64,000 bases of DNA from Longimicrobiales bacterium (GTDB taxonomy: Bacteria; Gemmatimonadota; Gemmatimonadetes; Longimicrobiales; Gaopeijiaceae). Below, piece by piece: positions 8,846-19,944 of the stretch (within the stretch, counting starts at the first letter, position 1; each line of letters begins with the position of its first letter). Where the stretch lies: the NCBI GenBank assembly GCA_965248195.1, contig CBDFIQ010000002.1, forward strand, positions 1,536,001 to 1,600,000, written 5' to 3'. Position numbers and translations under genes: made by a program. The notes beneath the pieces were generated by a model. That model saw nothing but the letters and a program-made list of their open reading frames with translations. It was not told the DNA's origin and searched no databases.

Positions 8846-10258
8846 CTAGTTGTCGTAGTAGAGGTAGAACTCGTGCGGATGCGGGCGCAGACGGAGCTCT
8901 TCTATCTCGTTCTCCGTCTTGTAGGAGATCCACTCCTCGACGAGGTCGTCGGTGAAGACGTTGCCCTTGGTCAGGAACGCATGGTCCTCACGGAGCGCTT
9001 CAAGCGCTTCCTCGAGTGAGCCCGGTGTGTGTTGCCACTCGGCGAGCTCGGCGGCCGTCATGTCGTAGATGTCCCGGTCGAGCGGATCACCCGGATCCAG
9101 CTTGTTCTCGATGCCGTCGAGCGCCGCCATGAGCAGGGCCGAGAACATCAAGTAGCCGTTGGCCGTCGGATCGGGGCACCGGAACTCGAACCGCTTTGCC
9201 TTCGGGTTCGGCGAGTACATCGGGATCCGGACCGCGGCCGAGCGGTTGCGCTGCGAATACGCCAAGTTCACCGGCGCCTCGAAGCCGGGCACGAGGCGCC
9301 GGTACGAGTTGCTCGTTGGCGCCGCGAACGCGAGCACAGCACCCGCGTGCTTGAGCACCCCCGCGATTGCGTGCATAGCGAGCTCGCTCATGCCCGCATA
9401 GCCGTCTCCAGCGAAGAGAGGGTTTCCGTCTTTCCAGAGCGACAGATGCGTGTGCATCCCGCTCCCGTTGTCGTTGAACACCGGCTTCGGCATGAACGTC
9501 ACCGTCTTGCCCGCGTTCTTCGCCACATTGCGGATGATGTACTTGTACCACGCGAAGTGATCCGACATCTGTAGGAGCGGCGCAAACTCCATGTCGATCT
9601 CGGCCTGGCCCGCCGTGCCCACCTCGTGGTGGTGCGCCTCCACGACGATCCCGATGTCGTTCAGCGCGTATACCATCTCGCCTCGGAGATCGTGATAGGT
9701 GTCCGTCGGGCTCACCGGAAAGTAGCCACCCTTGTAGCCCGGCTTGTAACCCAGGTTCGGCTCCTCGAAGCGGGCCGTGTTCCACGCGCCCTCCACCGAG
9801 TCGATCTCGTAGAAGCCGTGATGCTCGTTCTGCTCGTAGCGCACCGTGTCGAATATGAAGAACTCCGGCTCCGGCCCGATATAACACGTGTCGGCGATCC
9901 CCGTCGACTTCAGGTGCGCCTCCGCTTTCCGCGCCACGTGCCTGGGGTCGCGCGTGTAGTCCTCCTTCGTGATGGGGTCCACAATGTTGGCGATCACGCT
10001 CACCGTGGGCCGCTGGAAGAACGGATCGAGCACCGCCGTCGACGCATCGGGCACGGCCAGCATGTCCGACTGGTGGATGTCCTGCCACCCCCGGATCGAC
10101 GACCCGTCGAAGCCAACCCCGTCCTCGAACGTCCCCTCGTCCCACGTCTCGATCGGGAACGAGCAGTGCTGCCACGAGCCCAGCAAGTCCGTGAACTTCA
10201 GATCCACCATCTTCGCGTCGTGCTTCTTGGCGAACTCAAAAAACTCTTTCGGTGTCAT
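8846..10258 (-). CDS. glnA: Glutamine synthetase type I
   Basis: [61 protein letters not shown]; adenylylation-site Tyr in DIYDM. Confidence 0.98.
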   Translation of the reverse strand: MTPKEFFEFAKKHDAKMVDLKFTDLLGSWQHCSFPIETWDEGTFEDGVGFDGSSIRGWQDIHQSDMLAVPDASTAVLDPFFQRPTVSVIANIVDPITKEDYTRDPRHVARKAEAHLKSTGIADTCYIGPEPEFFIFDTVRYEQNEHHGFYEIDSVEGAWNTARFEEPNLGYKPGYKGGYFPVSPTDTYHDLRGEMVYALNDIGIVVEAHHHEVGTAGQAEIDMEFAPLLQMSDHFAWYKYIIRNVAKNAGKTVTFMPKPVFNDNGSGMHTHLSLWKDGNPLFAGDGYAGMSELAMHAIAGVLKHAGAVLAFAAPTSNSYRRLVPGFEAPVNLAYSQRNRSAAVRIPMYSPNPKAKRFEFRCPDPTANGYLMFSALLMAALDGIENKLDPGDPLDRDIYDMTAAELAEWQHTPGSLEEALEALREDHAFLTKGNVFTDDLVEEWISYKTENEIEELRLRPHPHEFYLYYDN

Positions 10259-10345
10259 GTTCGTGTTGGCTGTAGGTGATCGCGCTTGCTTTTTCCCGGT
10301 GCGGAGGATCTGCTCGCATGGAGCAGGCCTCCTACCGCCGGCGGC

Positions 10346-10374
10346 AGAGTACTGTGGGACCGTACGAGGAGCAA
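10346..10374 (-). promoter_or_regulatory. Candidate sigma70 promoter for glnA
   Basis: Minus strand TTGCTC-N17-TACTCT about 90 nt upstream of the ATG. Confidence 0.4.
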
Positions 10375-10478
10375 GGGGGGGCGCCCCGAGACTGCGGGGA
10401 CCATACGCACTCCTTAGAGAGTAGGCCTTGGTGTTAGATTGCCGTCACTATGCCCACACCCTACAGATTGCCGAGTCC

Positions 10479-11006
10479 GTGAAAGAGAAGCTTACCGTTT
10501 TCGCCGCGGTTGCACCGTCGGTGCTCCTCCTCGATTTCATCACAAAGCGTTGGGCGTTGGCCGCCCTCGATGGAGGGAATCGGCTGGAGCTTTTGGGTGG
10601 GTTCGTGCCACTCACGCTCGCGTTCAACCGTGGCGCGGCGTTCGGCATCTCCGTCGGGGACGATTCGCGGTGGTTCTTCATACCGATCACGATCCTCGCG
10701 CTCGTGTTGCTGCTCGTGCTTCTGAGACAGGCGGAGCGGAAGGATTGGCTCCGTCTGGTTTCTATTACGATGGTCGTGTCCGGGGCGCTGGGGAATCTCT
10801 ACGACCGAGTTCGCTGGAACCGGGGAGTAGTGGACTTCATCGGTCCGATCGACCTGGGGGTCATGGACTGGCCGATCTTCAATGTGGCGGACATGTCGAT
10901 AACCTGCGGCGCGGTCCTCCTGGCGATTTCATTTTGGGGGGAGGAGCGGCGGGAACGTGCCGCAGAGGTGGTTCTGGAGGAGGGCGAGCCGACGGCTACC
11001 GGCTAA
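10479..11006 (+). CDS. lspA: Lipoprotein signal peptidase II
   Basis: DFITK, FNRGAAFG, GALGNLYDR, VVDFI, FNVAD; start set at GTG 10479. Confidence 0.96.
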   Translation: MKEKLTVFAAVAPSVLLLDFITKRWALAALDGGNRLELLGGFVPLTLAFNRGAAFGISVGDDSRWFFIPITILALVLLLVLLRQAERKDWLRLVSITMVVSGALGNLYDRVRWNRGVVDFIGPIDLGVMDWPIFNVADMSITCGAVLLAISFWGEERRERAAEVVLEEGEPTATG

Positions 11007-11128
11007 TTCGCCCACGACTCCCCAATACTGCCGGTCAGGCGGTTGCCGGGCAGGGGGAGCGCTGACAATTTTCCCGGTGCATCGTAGGCGCCCAAGCCTG
11101 CTCGAGGTCAGACACCGCCGGAGTATTC

Positions 11129-12205
11129 ATGACGGATTTCCTGAACAGCCAGTTCCTGGACAATACAGCCCAGGATTGGCTCATCGCGGCGGTAGTGGTC
11201 GTGGTGATGATCGTGCTGGTCCGGGCCGTGATGGCAATCGGCCTCAGGCGGTTGAGAGCCATCGCGGCGAAAACGGAGACCGACGTCGACGATCTGGTCG
11301 CCGAGCTCCTGGAAAAGACCAAGTTCCTCTTCGTGGCGCTCGTGGCGCTCTACGCGGGGGCGCTCAGCCTCAACTTGCCTCCCGAGATCGACGACCTTCT
11401 GTCGACGATCTTGGTGCTCGGTTTTCTGATTCAGGGCGCGTTTTGGGCCAACGGGATGGTCAACTACATGCTCGGAAGTTGGGCGCGGCGGAAGTTCGAG
11501 GCCGACCCCACCATCTCTACGGCGCTCGGCTCGGTCGGCTTCCTCATTCGGTTCGCCGTCTGGGCCACATTCGTCATGCTGGCCCTCGACAACCTGGGTA
11601 TCGATATAGGGCCTTTGGTCGCCTCCCTGGGGATTGGCGGTGTGGCTTTGGCGCTGGCACTTCAGGGTGTGCTCGGGGACCTCTTCGCCTCCTTTACCAT
11701 CATCTTCGACAAGCCGTTTGCGGTCGGAGATTATATCCAGGTGGGGGACCTGGCGGGGACGGTACAGCACGTCGGCCTCAAGAGTACGCGAATCCGGGCT
11801 GCAACCGGAGAACAGCTGGTATTCTCCAATGCTGATCTTCTCGGCAGTCGGATTCGGAATTTCCAGAGCCGGCAGGAGCGCCGGTGCGCGTTTACGCTCG
11901 GCGTGACCTACGACACGTCTTCGGAGAAGCTGGAGCGAATCCCTGACTTGATCCGGGGGATCATCGAGTCACGGGAGAATACCCGTTTCGACCGGTCCTT
12001 TTTCATGGCCTTCGGTGACTCGGCGCTCAACTTCGAGACGGTGTATTACATACTGGTGCCGGACTTTCAGACCTACGGCGAGACCCACCACGCGATCAAC
12101 CTCGAGATTTTCAGAAGGTTTGCCGAGGAGGGGATCGAATTCGCGTACCCGACCCAGACGGTTCACCTCGAGGGGGTAAATCCGGGAGCCCCAGGAGCGA
12201 GCTGA
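11129..12205 (+). CDS. MscS-family mechanosensitive channel
   Basis: LGIGGVALALALQ, DKPFAVGDYI, GLKSTRIR, GIEFAYPT. Confidence 0.95.
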   Translation: MTDFLNSQFLDNTAQDWLIAAVVVVVMIVLVRAVMAIGLRRLRAIAAKTETDVDDLVAELLEKTKFLFVALVALYAGALSLNLPPEIDDLLSTILVLGFLIQGAFWANGMVNYMLGSWARRKFEADPTISTALGSVGFLIRFAVWATFVMLALDNLGIDIGPLVASLGIGGVALALALQGVLGDLFASFTIIFDKPFAVGDYIQVGDLAGTVQHVGLKSTRIRAATGEQLVFSNADLLGSRIRNFQSRQERRCAFTLGVTYDTSSEKLERIPDLIRGIIESRENTRFDRSFFMAFGDSALNFETVYYILVPDFQTYGETHHAINLEIFRRFAEEGIEFAYPTQTVHLEGVNPGAPGAS

Positions 12206-12215
12206 CCGTCTCAGT

Positions 12216-13460
12216 TCACTCCGGGCCGATCTCACCCGACGTCGGTTCGTCACGAACCAGAACCACGTACTCGACGCGTCTGCCCCGCATTTGGGTAATG
12301 CGGAGACGTGTCTTTTCGAGTTGCACGACGTCGCCGACCCGCCCGATCCGGTTCAACACCCCGAAGACGTAGCCGCCAAGGGTGTCATGCGGCTCCTCGG
12401 AGACCGAGAGGTCCAATCGGTCGTTCACCTCCCGCACGGCGACGCCTCCCCAGATTCGCACCGTCCCGTCGTCCAGATCCTCGAAGCTCAGGGGCTCATC
12501 CTCCTCGTGCTCGTCCTGGATCTCTCCGACGATCTCCTCGATGAGGTCCTCGAGGGTAACGAGCCCGGCCGTGCCTCCGAACTCGTCTATGACGATCACC
12601 ATCTTCGTCCTTTGGACGCGCATTTCAGGGATCAGATCTTCCACCAACTTGGTCGTCGGCAGGAATTGTACGGGCCGCACGATTTCGGTGATTCTCGTGA
12701 CGCCGTCCCGGTGCGCGCTCCATAGGTCGCGGGCGAGCAGCAAACCCTCGATCTTGTCGATCGACTCGGCGTAAACCGGGAGGCGTAGATGCCCTTCCTC
12801 CAGCATGATTTCGATCGCTTCTTCCACGGTCGCGTCCCGGGGGATCGCTACCATATCGGTCCGGGGTGTCATGACCTCCCCCACGGTGACCTCACCCAGG
12901 CGGATCACGTTCGTCACGACCTGCCACTCGTCTTCGTCGATGGTGCCTTCGCTGTACCCGATCTGGGCGAGCACTTCGAGTTCGGCTCGGCTGACGGTGG
13001 AGCCCCCTTCGCGGCGTATGAGCTGGCTGAAAATGTTGAGTGGGATCAGGATGGGCTTCATTACGATCACCATCCACCACAACACATGGGCGGATGGCTT
13101 GGCTAACCGTTGCCAATATGTGGCGCCGATCGTCTTGGGGATGATCTCCGAAAAAAGCAGGATGATGAGCGTGAGGACGCCTGTGAATACGCCGATCCAC
13201 GCTTGGCCGAACACTACGCCGGCCCTCGCTCCTCCGAGCGCCGCCCCCGCGGTATGGGCGATGGTGTTGAGCGTGAGGATCGCAGCGATCGGCTCGTCGA
13301 TCTTCTGCTTCATTGCGTGGAGATAATCGCCGGCCTTCGCTCCTTGGTCCCTCAACACCTCGACGTACGAGTGAGTGACGGACAGCAGGACGGCCTCCAG
13401 AATGGAGCAAAGGGAGGAGATGGAGAGAGAGATCCCGAGAATCCAGAGCAGCATCACCAT
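12216..13460 (-). CDS. CNNM/HlyC-CorC family protein (DUF21 + CBS pair + CorC domain)
   Basis: AAILTLNTIAHT, SEIIPKT, VMTPRTDM, IDEFGGTAGLVTLEDLIEEIVGEIQDEHE, TLGGYV. Confidence 0.93.
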   Translation of the reverse strand: MVMLLWILGISLSISSLCSILEAVLLSVTHSYVEVLRDQGAKAGDYLHAMKQKIDEPIAAILTLNTIAHTAGAALGGARAGVVFGQAWIGVFTGVLTLIILLFSEIIPKTIGATYWQRLAKPSAHVLWWMVIVMKPILIPLNIFSQLIRREGGSTVSRAELEVLAQIGYSEGTIDEDEWQVVTNVIRLGEVTVGEVMTPRTDMVAIPRDATVEEAIEIMLEEGHLRLPVYAESIDKIEGLLLARDLWSAHRDGVTRITEIVRPVQFLPTTKLVEDLIPEMRVQRTKMVIVIDEFGGTAGLVTLEDLIEEIVGEIQDEHEEDEPLSFEDLDDGTVRIWGGVAVREVNDRLDLSVSEEPHDTLGGYVFGVLNRIGRVGDVVQLEKTRLRITQMRGRRVEYVVLVRDEPTSGEIGPE

Positions 13461-13700
13461 ATGCTGTGAGTATCGGAGTGTTGGCACCCTAAAAACAAGG
13501 GGTGGGCTCCGACGACGTCATGTGTTTGATTCGTGGGAATTCAAATCGCCTGAGGTGAGGGGTCTTCGAGGGAGCCCTCACACCGGATACGATGGCCGAG
13601 GACCGCCGCGGACGACATGAGTACCGATCATCCCACCGAAGAATGGACCCACCACACGGACCGGAGTGGCCGCAGAAGGGCTCGACGTTCACGATTTCCC

Positions 13701-16700
13701 TTACACCACCTCCCGGCTCACCCCCATCCCGAGAAACAGCAACTTCCCGCTGACGCTGCCCTCGGCCAGCCCATATTGCTCCCGCACGACGTCGCAGTAC
13801 GCCACGATCTGGGGGCGATAGTGTGCGGTGCGGGCGACGAGCGCCTCATCGTCTCCCGCTTCGATGGCATCCGTCTTGAAGTCTAGGATTTCTGCCTGCG
13901 CGACTCGCCCATCCCGCTGGACCAGGACCAGCCGGTCAATGACCCCCTCCTGGATCTCGTCTCCCACGCGGCGGACGAAGGGAAGCTCGTTATCGACGTG
14001 TATCGACGTGAACAGGTCGGATGGAAACCCGCCCCTGCTCAAGGCGCTCTGAACGGGCTCCGCCTCCATCCAGCCTCGGAACTCCGCGATGAGGCCGGTT
14101 ATTTGGTCGTAAGGCATGCCGGGAGCCGTCTCCCGAGCGATGGACCTGAGCGCGTCGTCGTCTCCGATTCCGTCCTCGATCCACTCGATTCCCTTGCACC
14201 AGGCATGCACTACCTCCCCGCGCTGCCGGGCGGGAGCCGTATCGAGGCGCAGGGCAGACGACAGATCCACGCGGTTGTCGCCCTCGAGGCTCGACGGGCT
14301 CCGGCGGGCCAGGTTGCGGCCGGGTCCAGCCGTGGACGATCGAAGGAGCGCTGCGCCCGGCTCGGCTCGCTCCGGGCGTGCATGCGCCTGTTCTTTCATA
14401 TGCGACCCCTCTTTGGCCCGCCCCTCCGCTCCGTTCGTGTCTGCCACCAGCCCCTGGAACCACCGAGGATCTCCCCTCTCCAGAAGCCCCCCGGCATCGC
14501 TGGCCTTCGCGTCTTCCAATCTCAGCGCTGCCCGAATCAACCCGGCACTGTGCCGCGCGCTACCGCCGTCCGGAGGCAGGACGAGATGCAGCGCATGTTT
14601 TGCCCGTGTAATGGCCACGTATAGGACGCTGAGCCCGTCTCGCAGTTCGGCAGCGCGCAGCTCCATGTCCGCGACCTCGACGTTGGGGAAGAACGCCCGA
14701 TACTCGCTCGACATGGCCGGGTACACCTCCGTCACGTGGCCGGTGTTGGGGTCACGCTGGGGGATGAGGACCTCTCCTCCCTCGGGCGCCAGGGAGGCGT
14801 ATAGCTCGGGGAGGACGACCGCATCGAACTCCAGCCCCTTGGACCGGTGGATGGTCATCACCTGCACCAGAGCCGAGGAAGGATCCTCCACCGCCTCGCC
14901 GGCTACGTACCGCGTGAAGTCGGTCGGTCGGAGGGTCGCACGATCATCCCATCGGTGGCCCAGCTCCACGAGTTGAAGGAGGCGCTGCACCTCCACCGCG
15001 TCGCACCGGGGCGCCAGTTCGTGAACCCACCTACCCAGGGTTGGGCCGTAGCCCTCCGCAAGGAGTTGGATCCGGATACGGGACGCGACCGCCCGGGCCG
15101 CACCAGCGTCCTCCCTGTCCCGGAGCCCAACGACCTCACCCAGCGGCGTGCGGGCCACGTGATAGAGCGCCGAGCGATCGCTCGGGTGATCGGCCAGGCG
15201 GAGAAGGGAGAGCATTGCATTGGCAGGCGGTGTATCGGTCAGGTACGCGCCGCCCTCGCCACTGGCGCGAACGCCGCGGGCACGAAGTTCGTCCATGAGG
15301 TAGCCAACGACCTTATTTCTGCAGGCCAGAACACCGATGCTTCGGCCCGGCATCTGCCCGTGCAGTCCCTGTACGATCTCCGCTGCCCGGCGGAGGAGGT
15401 TGGGCTGGATCGCGCTCCTTCCGACGTCGCCCGGAGCGAGATGGACGCACACGTGGCCCGGGAGATCGCGGGCGGCGGTCAGCTCCGTGAAGTCCTCCAT
15501 CCAGGCCGATGCAACCCCCGGGCCCACATCGATGCTCTCTACGACGGGGTTGGCCGGGAGATCCCGAAAGACGTCGGCCACGAGGTCGAGGATTACAGGG
15601 CTCGATCGCCACGACGTGTCCATCGTGTCCTCAACCAATCCGTGGGCCTCGCCGACCCGGCGTGCGAGCTCGGGGCGCGCACCCCGCCACCCGTAGATGG
15701 ACTGCTTGGGATCCGCCACGATGACCCCGGCGCGCTCCTCGAGATGCCCGGACAGCAGCTCGTGGGCGAGCGGCTCCAGGGCCCGCCACTGCTCCAAGGA
15801 GGTGTCCTGGAACTCGTCGAGCAGCAGGTGCCGTACCTGCTGGTCCAGGCGATAGCTCAGGTCCTCACGGCTGCCCGTGGGATCAGGCCCGCCCAACAGA
15901 TACGTAATATCATCAAACCTGTATGCCCCAGCGCGGCGCTGGGTACCGGCGAACGCGGTGTCCAGGAGGTCGGCCAAGCGGCCTAGCGCCTCAGTCTCGC
16001 GGCGAAGCCTCGGGGCGAGGTCTATGCGCGCCAGCCTTTGCGCCTCGAGAAAGACATCGTCGAACTCCGAAGGAACGGGTTTGCTGCTGAACGAGTCCTG
16101 GCCCACGAGGACCTTGGCACCGATGCCCGTCCTGAAAGCCGCGTCCCAGTCGAGAACCGAAATTGCGTCGGCAGCATTGTCCCGAGCACCGACCCACACC
16201 TTCATGGGACTTCCGCTCTGGGTGGAGGGGACCGCGAGCCCGCGTAGGTCGGCGGCGAGTGCCTGCGCCTTCTCCCGGAGTAACTCCGGGGGGAGTTGCT
16301 CGGTGACGCCGAATCCCGGGCTCCAGGGATGCACAGCGCTCGGGTCCAACTGCCGCCGGACACCGAGCAGAACGTCCACCTTTTGGAGGAGCGTGGCGTG
16401 GACCATCCGGTCGGCATCGCCTCGGTTGAGCATGCGTAGCAGCTCCACCATCTCCGCCTTGTCTGCCTCCACCAAGGCGGCCTGCACGGCTTCGGTACGT
16501 AGCCGATCTTGGGTCGGCTCGTCGGCGATGGTCCATCTCGGCGCCAGCCCCAGTTCCTGGAAGAAGCTCCGGGCCACCCGCACGAAGAACGCATCCAGGG
16601 TGCCCACGTTCATCTCATGCAGATCGGTTAGCAGTCGGCCCAGCAGCCGGCGGCACTCCTCCGGTTGCGTGAGACTCGGGTGGGCCTCCCGCCCGAGTTC

Positions 16701-16928
16701 ACGGGCCTTCCCAGGGTCAGATGCGCCCTCCGCGAGTCGCACGAGCACTCGCTCCAGGATCTCACCTGCCGCCTTGCGGGTGAAGGTGGAAGCGAGCATC
16801 GCACCGGGTGGTGCACCTGCCGCGAACAGGCCGAGGATACGGCTGGAGAGGCGGTAGGTCTTTCCTGATCCCGCCGAGGCGAGCACCAGCTCCCGAGGGA
16901 AGGGCGATGAACCGGGGGTCCCGCTCAT
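13701..16928 (-). CDS. addA: AddA/RecB-like UvrD helicase-nuclease
   Basis: Walker A ASAGSGKT, TFTRKAAGE, LLDEFQDTS, DPKQSIYGWRG, MTIHRSKGLEF, LYVAITRA, C-terminal nuclease GVIDRL...ILDFKT; ATG 16928 overlaps the stop of the upstream gene (ATGA). Confidence 0.9.
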   Translation of the reverse strand: MSGTPGSSPFPRELVLASAGSGKTYRLSSRILGLFAAGAPPGAMLASTFTRKAAGEILERVLVRLAEGASDPGKARELGREAHPSLTQPEECRRLLGRLLTDLHEMNVGTLDAFFVRVARSFFQELGLAPRWTIADEPTQDRLRTEAVQAALVEADKAEMVELLRMLNRGDADRMVHATLLQKVDVLLGVRRQLDPSAVHPWSPGFGVTEQLPPELLREKAQALAADLRGLAVPSTQSGSPMKVWVGARDNAADAISVLDWDAAFRTGIGAKVLVGQDSFSSKPVPSEFDDVFLEAQRLARIDLAPRLRRETEALGRLADLLDTAFAGTQRRAGAYRFDDITYLLGGPDPTGSREDLSYRLDQQVRHLLLDEFQDTSLEQWRALEPLAHELLSGHLEERAGVIVADPKQSIYGWRGARPELARRVGEAHGLVEDTMDTSWRSSPVILDLVADVFRDLPANPVVESIDVGPGVASAWMEDFTELTAARDLPGHVCVHLAPGDVGRSAIQPNLLRRAAEIVQGLHGQMPGRSIGVLACRNKVVGYLMDELRARGVRASGEGGAYLTDTPPANAMLSLLRLADHPSDRSALYHVARTPLGEVVGLRDREDAGAARAVASRIRIQLLAEGYGPTLGRWVHELAPRCDAVEVQRLLQLVELGHRWDDRATLRPTDFTRYVAGEAVEDPSSALVQVMTIHRSKGLEFDAVVLPELYASLAPEGGEVLIPQRDPNTGHVTEVYPAMSSEYRAFFPNVEVADMELRAAELRDGLSVLYVAITRAKHALHLVLPPDGGSARHSAGLIRAALRLEDAKASDAGGLLERGDPRWFQGLVADTNGAEGRAKEGSHMKEQAHARPERAEPGAALLRSSTAGPGRNLARRSPSSLEGDNRVDLSSALRLDTAPARQRGEVVHAWCKGIEWIEDGIGDDDALRSIARETAPGMPYDQITGLIAEFRGWMEAEPVQSALSRGGFPSDLFTSIHVDNELPFVRRVGDEIQEGVIDRLVLVQRDGRVAQAEILDFKTDAIEAGDDEALVARTAHYRPQIVAYCDVVREQYGLAEGSVSGKLLFLGMGVSREVV

Positions 16929-19873
16929 CGTTCGCCCGCGCCGTCGGCGTAGTTGGAGGCCGTGTCCTCCTGGTCGCCGGTGGATTGCCATCCCACGGTG
17001 AGAAGGGGGTCGAGGGCGTCTTGCCCCGACCCGGTAGCCCTCGTTACGTGAGGATCGAATTCGAACCTGGCCCGCCGGAGGCGCCGCACCGCCTCACGAG
17101 CGGCGTCCTCCGCGGAGGCGAAGTCCTCCGCGGTCCAGTCGGCGATCATGAACTCGGTGTCGTCCACGTTCTGGGGCAGAGAAACGAATCCAAAGTGGAT
17201 ACGGCTTCGCCCAGCACCCTCGAGGTCGGTATCGATCACCGGCTGCCCCTCGCCGTCCAGGATCCCCGACAGGAGCCGTCGGTACAGGGGTAACTGGAGA
17301 TCGATCCATTGGCGGTCTTCGCCCCGGCCCCTCCGATGAGTCTTCTCGGGGGGATCTACGAATTGCCCGGTCTTGTAGTCGAGCACGGCCCACTCACCCG
17401 TGGAGGGGTTATGGTCGATGCGATCGATGCGACCACGAAGCAGGATGGGCGTGCCGTCGACATCGAAGGGAACACCCTCTCCCTCTCCGGTACACTCCAC
17501 CGCCACGATCTCCCATCCCTGCGCCGCCCATCGTGCCTGCTTCTCGGCGAAGGCCCGAAGTCGGATCTTGAGTTGCTCGGCCTGCAGGTGGACTGCGGGC
17601 ATCGCATCCGGCCCGAAGCGGGTCGAGAGTTCGTCCCTCAGAAGATCCGTGAGGGAGCGGGCCACATCGGCCTCGCTGGCAACGTCGACTCCCGGTGTCG
17701 GCTCCAGTGCCAGCAAACCGAAGCGGTGCAAGACTTCGTGCGTCAGGTTCCCGAATCCCAACGGGTCGAGCTCACGGGCGGAATCATCCAGGCGATTGAG
17801 CCGGTACACCTTCTCCAGCACGAATCGGTAAGGGTCTTTCAAGAGACCCCTGAACGCGGTGACTGCCAAACCTGTCGGCACCTCGTCACCTCCCAGTTCG
17901 ATCACCGGCTCGGGTGGAACGGTGAACTGTCTCTCGGCGCCCGGCTCGAGGCCGAGAGAGGCCAGACTAGTGCCCCCAGGGCTTACTCCTTGTCTTTTCA
18001 AGAATCGAAGGACGCGGGCCGGCATCTGCTCTTCCGGAATCCGGAACATGAGCCGGCTGGGGCGGAGGGGGTCCCCCTGGGATGTGCGGCGTCCGGCGAT
18101 GAGGTGTACGGACTCCTTCGAGTGCAGCACCGTCGTGAGTCGGTATGCATCCCGCGCCAGCCTGCTCCGGTTGTCGGAGAGGCCGAGGCGGGTTCGAAGT
18201 GCGTCCGGCAGGAACGGGTGCCCACTTACGGACTCGGGCAAGAGACCCTCGTTGAACCCGGTGAGCACGACGATCGGCGCGTCATCAAGCGGGAGCTCGA
18301 GCCAATCCAGCAGTTCCACCGCATCCCGACCCGGGTCCGGCGGGAGCGCCTCTTCCCGAAGCTCGAGGAGCAATGTCCGAATAGCCTCACTACCCGAGCA
18401 CTTCTCGTCCAGCATCGACGGCATGTCAGCGAGGGAAGTCGCCACTACCTGGATTCGGCCCAGTGTATCCAGCAGACGCCGGTGGGCTGGGCGGCTCCGG
18501 TCCAACTCCAACCCACCGTAGGCGGCCTGGAGGACGTCCATGACCACGGTCATCCACTGCGACAACGGCTTTTGGCCACCGAAGGAGTTGAGTGGCCCCT
18601 CCCGCTCCAGGGCTCGGACCACCGGAGGAAAAAGGGCCGCTCTTCCTCGTCCCCGCGGCATCTCACCCCGAAACCTGAAGGGGAGGTGGTGGGCGAAATA
18701 TTCGTCCGCCATCTCGATGGCCTCGAGCCCAGCGGCGGCGGCGGCCGTGGGTCCGGTCAAGGGGCCCGCATCGGGATGCCGTAGTAGGGCAGCCAGAGCC
18801 TCGAACGTGCGGTCGCTAAGGTGGTCGGCGACGGCCTGGAGGAGGCGAAGAGGGCCCGTGCGCGCCAGAGGCGTGCCCGCGGCGTAGCGGGCAGATACGT
18901 CACGGGCCTCCAGGCGTTGCTCCAGATATGGCACCACCTCCGATTCGGGATGGACGGCGAGCACGACCTCTTCGGCCGCATACACCCCTCCGAGGCTTAC
19001 CAAGACGTCGATGACGGCCTCCGCCTGATCGACCGGTCGCTCCACCACCTCCAGAATCTGGTCGGTCACCGGGACCCGTGCGGTCTCCCAGTAGGCCGTG
19101 GATGGCAAGCCGAACGGGTCGTAGGCGGTGGTGGCGTCGGTTCCGTCGCTGAGCTCCGCTGGTGCGTGGATGAGAGTGTGTACGGTGGCTCCGCTCGCCT
19201 CCACGAGCCGCCGAGTCACTGTCGGCAGATCGACAATGGAGACCAGCCAGAGATCGCCCATGAAGGGTGTGACATCATGCTCGAGCGCTTGAATGCGGGT
19301 CTCGAAGCGGTCCGCCACTCCAGCCCGCTCCAGAAGCTGCAGGTACTGTCGCTGCACCCGGCCCAGCACCTCCCAGCGCGCCCCGTCGTCGAAGAGGAGG
19401 CCCGAACGGCAGATCTTAACGACGTCCGCGAACCGGTGACCCTCCCGTGCGAGATTCTGGTGCAGCCCGGCCAGCAAACCGGCGAGCTCGTCCCATTCGG
19501 TGGGGCTGTCGCTCTCAGGGAGATGGGGAAAGACCGTCTCGACCGCCTCCCGGTCCACGCTTCGAAGTGCCCGAGACCAGGCGCGGCGCGAGGTCACATC
19601 GTCTGCCGGAGGCTTGGGGCTGGAATGGAGCAGCTCAGGGAGGTTGCCCACCGTCGCGGCTCGAGGCGGAATCAGCGTTGCACTCCGGGCCTCGGCCTGG
19701 TCCAAAAGAAGCTCGATGACGCGACGGCGCGCACGCCGGCCGGGAAGCACGATGGTGGCGGGCCGGAGGTCGGCCACGGGCCCCTCGATGTAGTGCTCGA
19801 TGAGGTGGGCCGCGGCTGTGGGCAGCGCGGGTTTGTCCCATCCGAGGAACACACGTTCAACGGTGTGTGCCAA
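16925..19873 (-). CDS. addB: AddB-like PD-(D/E)XK nuclease subunit
   Basis: Degenerate helicase scaffold, LKDPYRFVL, FGNLTHEVL, LRGRIDRID...VLDYKTG, QLPLY; coupled to addA. Confidence 0.85.
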   Translation of the reverse strand: MAHTVERVFLGWDKPALPTAAAHLIEHYIEGPVADLRPATIVLPGRRARRRVIELLLDQAEARSATLIPPRAATVGNLPELLHSSPKPPADDVTSRRAWSRALRSVDREAVETVFPHLPESDSPTEWDELAGLLAGLHQNLAREGHRFADVVKICRSGLLFDDGARWEVLGRVQRQYLQLLERAGVADRFETRIQALEHDVTPFMGDLWLVSIVDLPTVTRRLVEASGATVHTLIHAPAELSDGTDATTAYDPFGLPSTAYWETARVPVTDQILEVVERPVDQAEAVIDVLVSLGGVYAAEEVVLAVHPESEVVPYLEQRLEARDVSARYAAGTPLARTGPLRLLQAVADHLSDRTFEALAALLRHPDAGPLTGPTAAAAAGLEAIEMADEYFAHHLPFRFRGEMPRGRGRAALFPPVVRALEREGPLNSFGGQKPLSQWMTVVMDVLQAAYGGLELDRSRPAHRRLLDTLGRIQVVATSLADMPSMLDEKCSGSEAIRTLLLELREEALPPDPGRDAVELLDWLELPLDDAPIVVLTGFNEGLLPESVSGHPFLPDALRTRLGLSDNRSRLARDAYRLTTVLHSKESVHLIAGRRTSQGDPLRPSRLMFRIPEEQMPARVLRFLKRQGVSPGGTSLASLGLEPGAERQFTVPPEPVIELGGDEVPTGLAVTAFRGLLKDPYRFVLEKVYRLNRLDDSARELDPLGFGNLTHEVLHRFGLLALEPTPGVDVASEADVARSLTDLLRDELSTRFGPDAMPAVHLQAEQLKIRLRAFAEKQARWAAQGWEIVAVECTGEGEGVPFDVDGTPILLRGRIDRIDHNPSTGEWAVLDYKTGQFVDPPEKTHRRGRGEDRQWIDLQLPLYRRLLSGILDGEGQPVIDTDLEGAGRSRIHFGFVSLPQNVDDTEFMIADWTAEDFASAEDAAREAVRRLRRARFEFDPHVTRATGSGQDALDPLLTVGWQSTGDQEDTASNYADGAGER

Positions 19874-19944
19874 GGTCCGTATCTGTCGTTGGAGTCAGCG
19901 TTTCAGGTTCCAATATCAGGCAACACAGGTGAATCGCCCCGGGT

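Noticed and set aside
10369..10387. Sigma54 promoter for glnA
   Set aside because: GG-to-GC spacing is 11 nt, not the required 10; a sigma70-like -35/-10 fits better.
13465..13700. Metal-sensing riboswitch upstream of the CNNM/CorC gene
   Set aside because: Several hairpins are present but I could not match M-box, yybP-ykoY or NiCo consensus; a covariance-model search would be needed.
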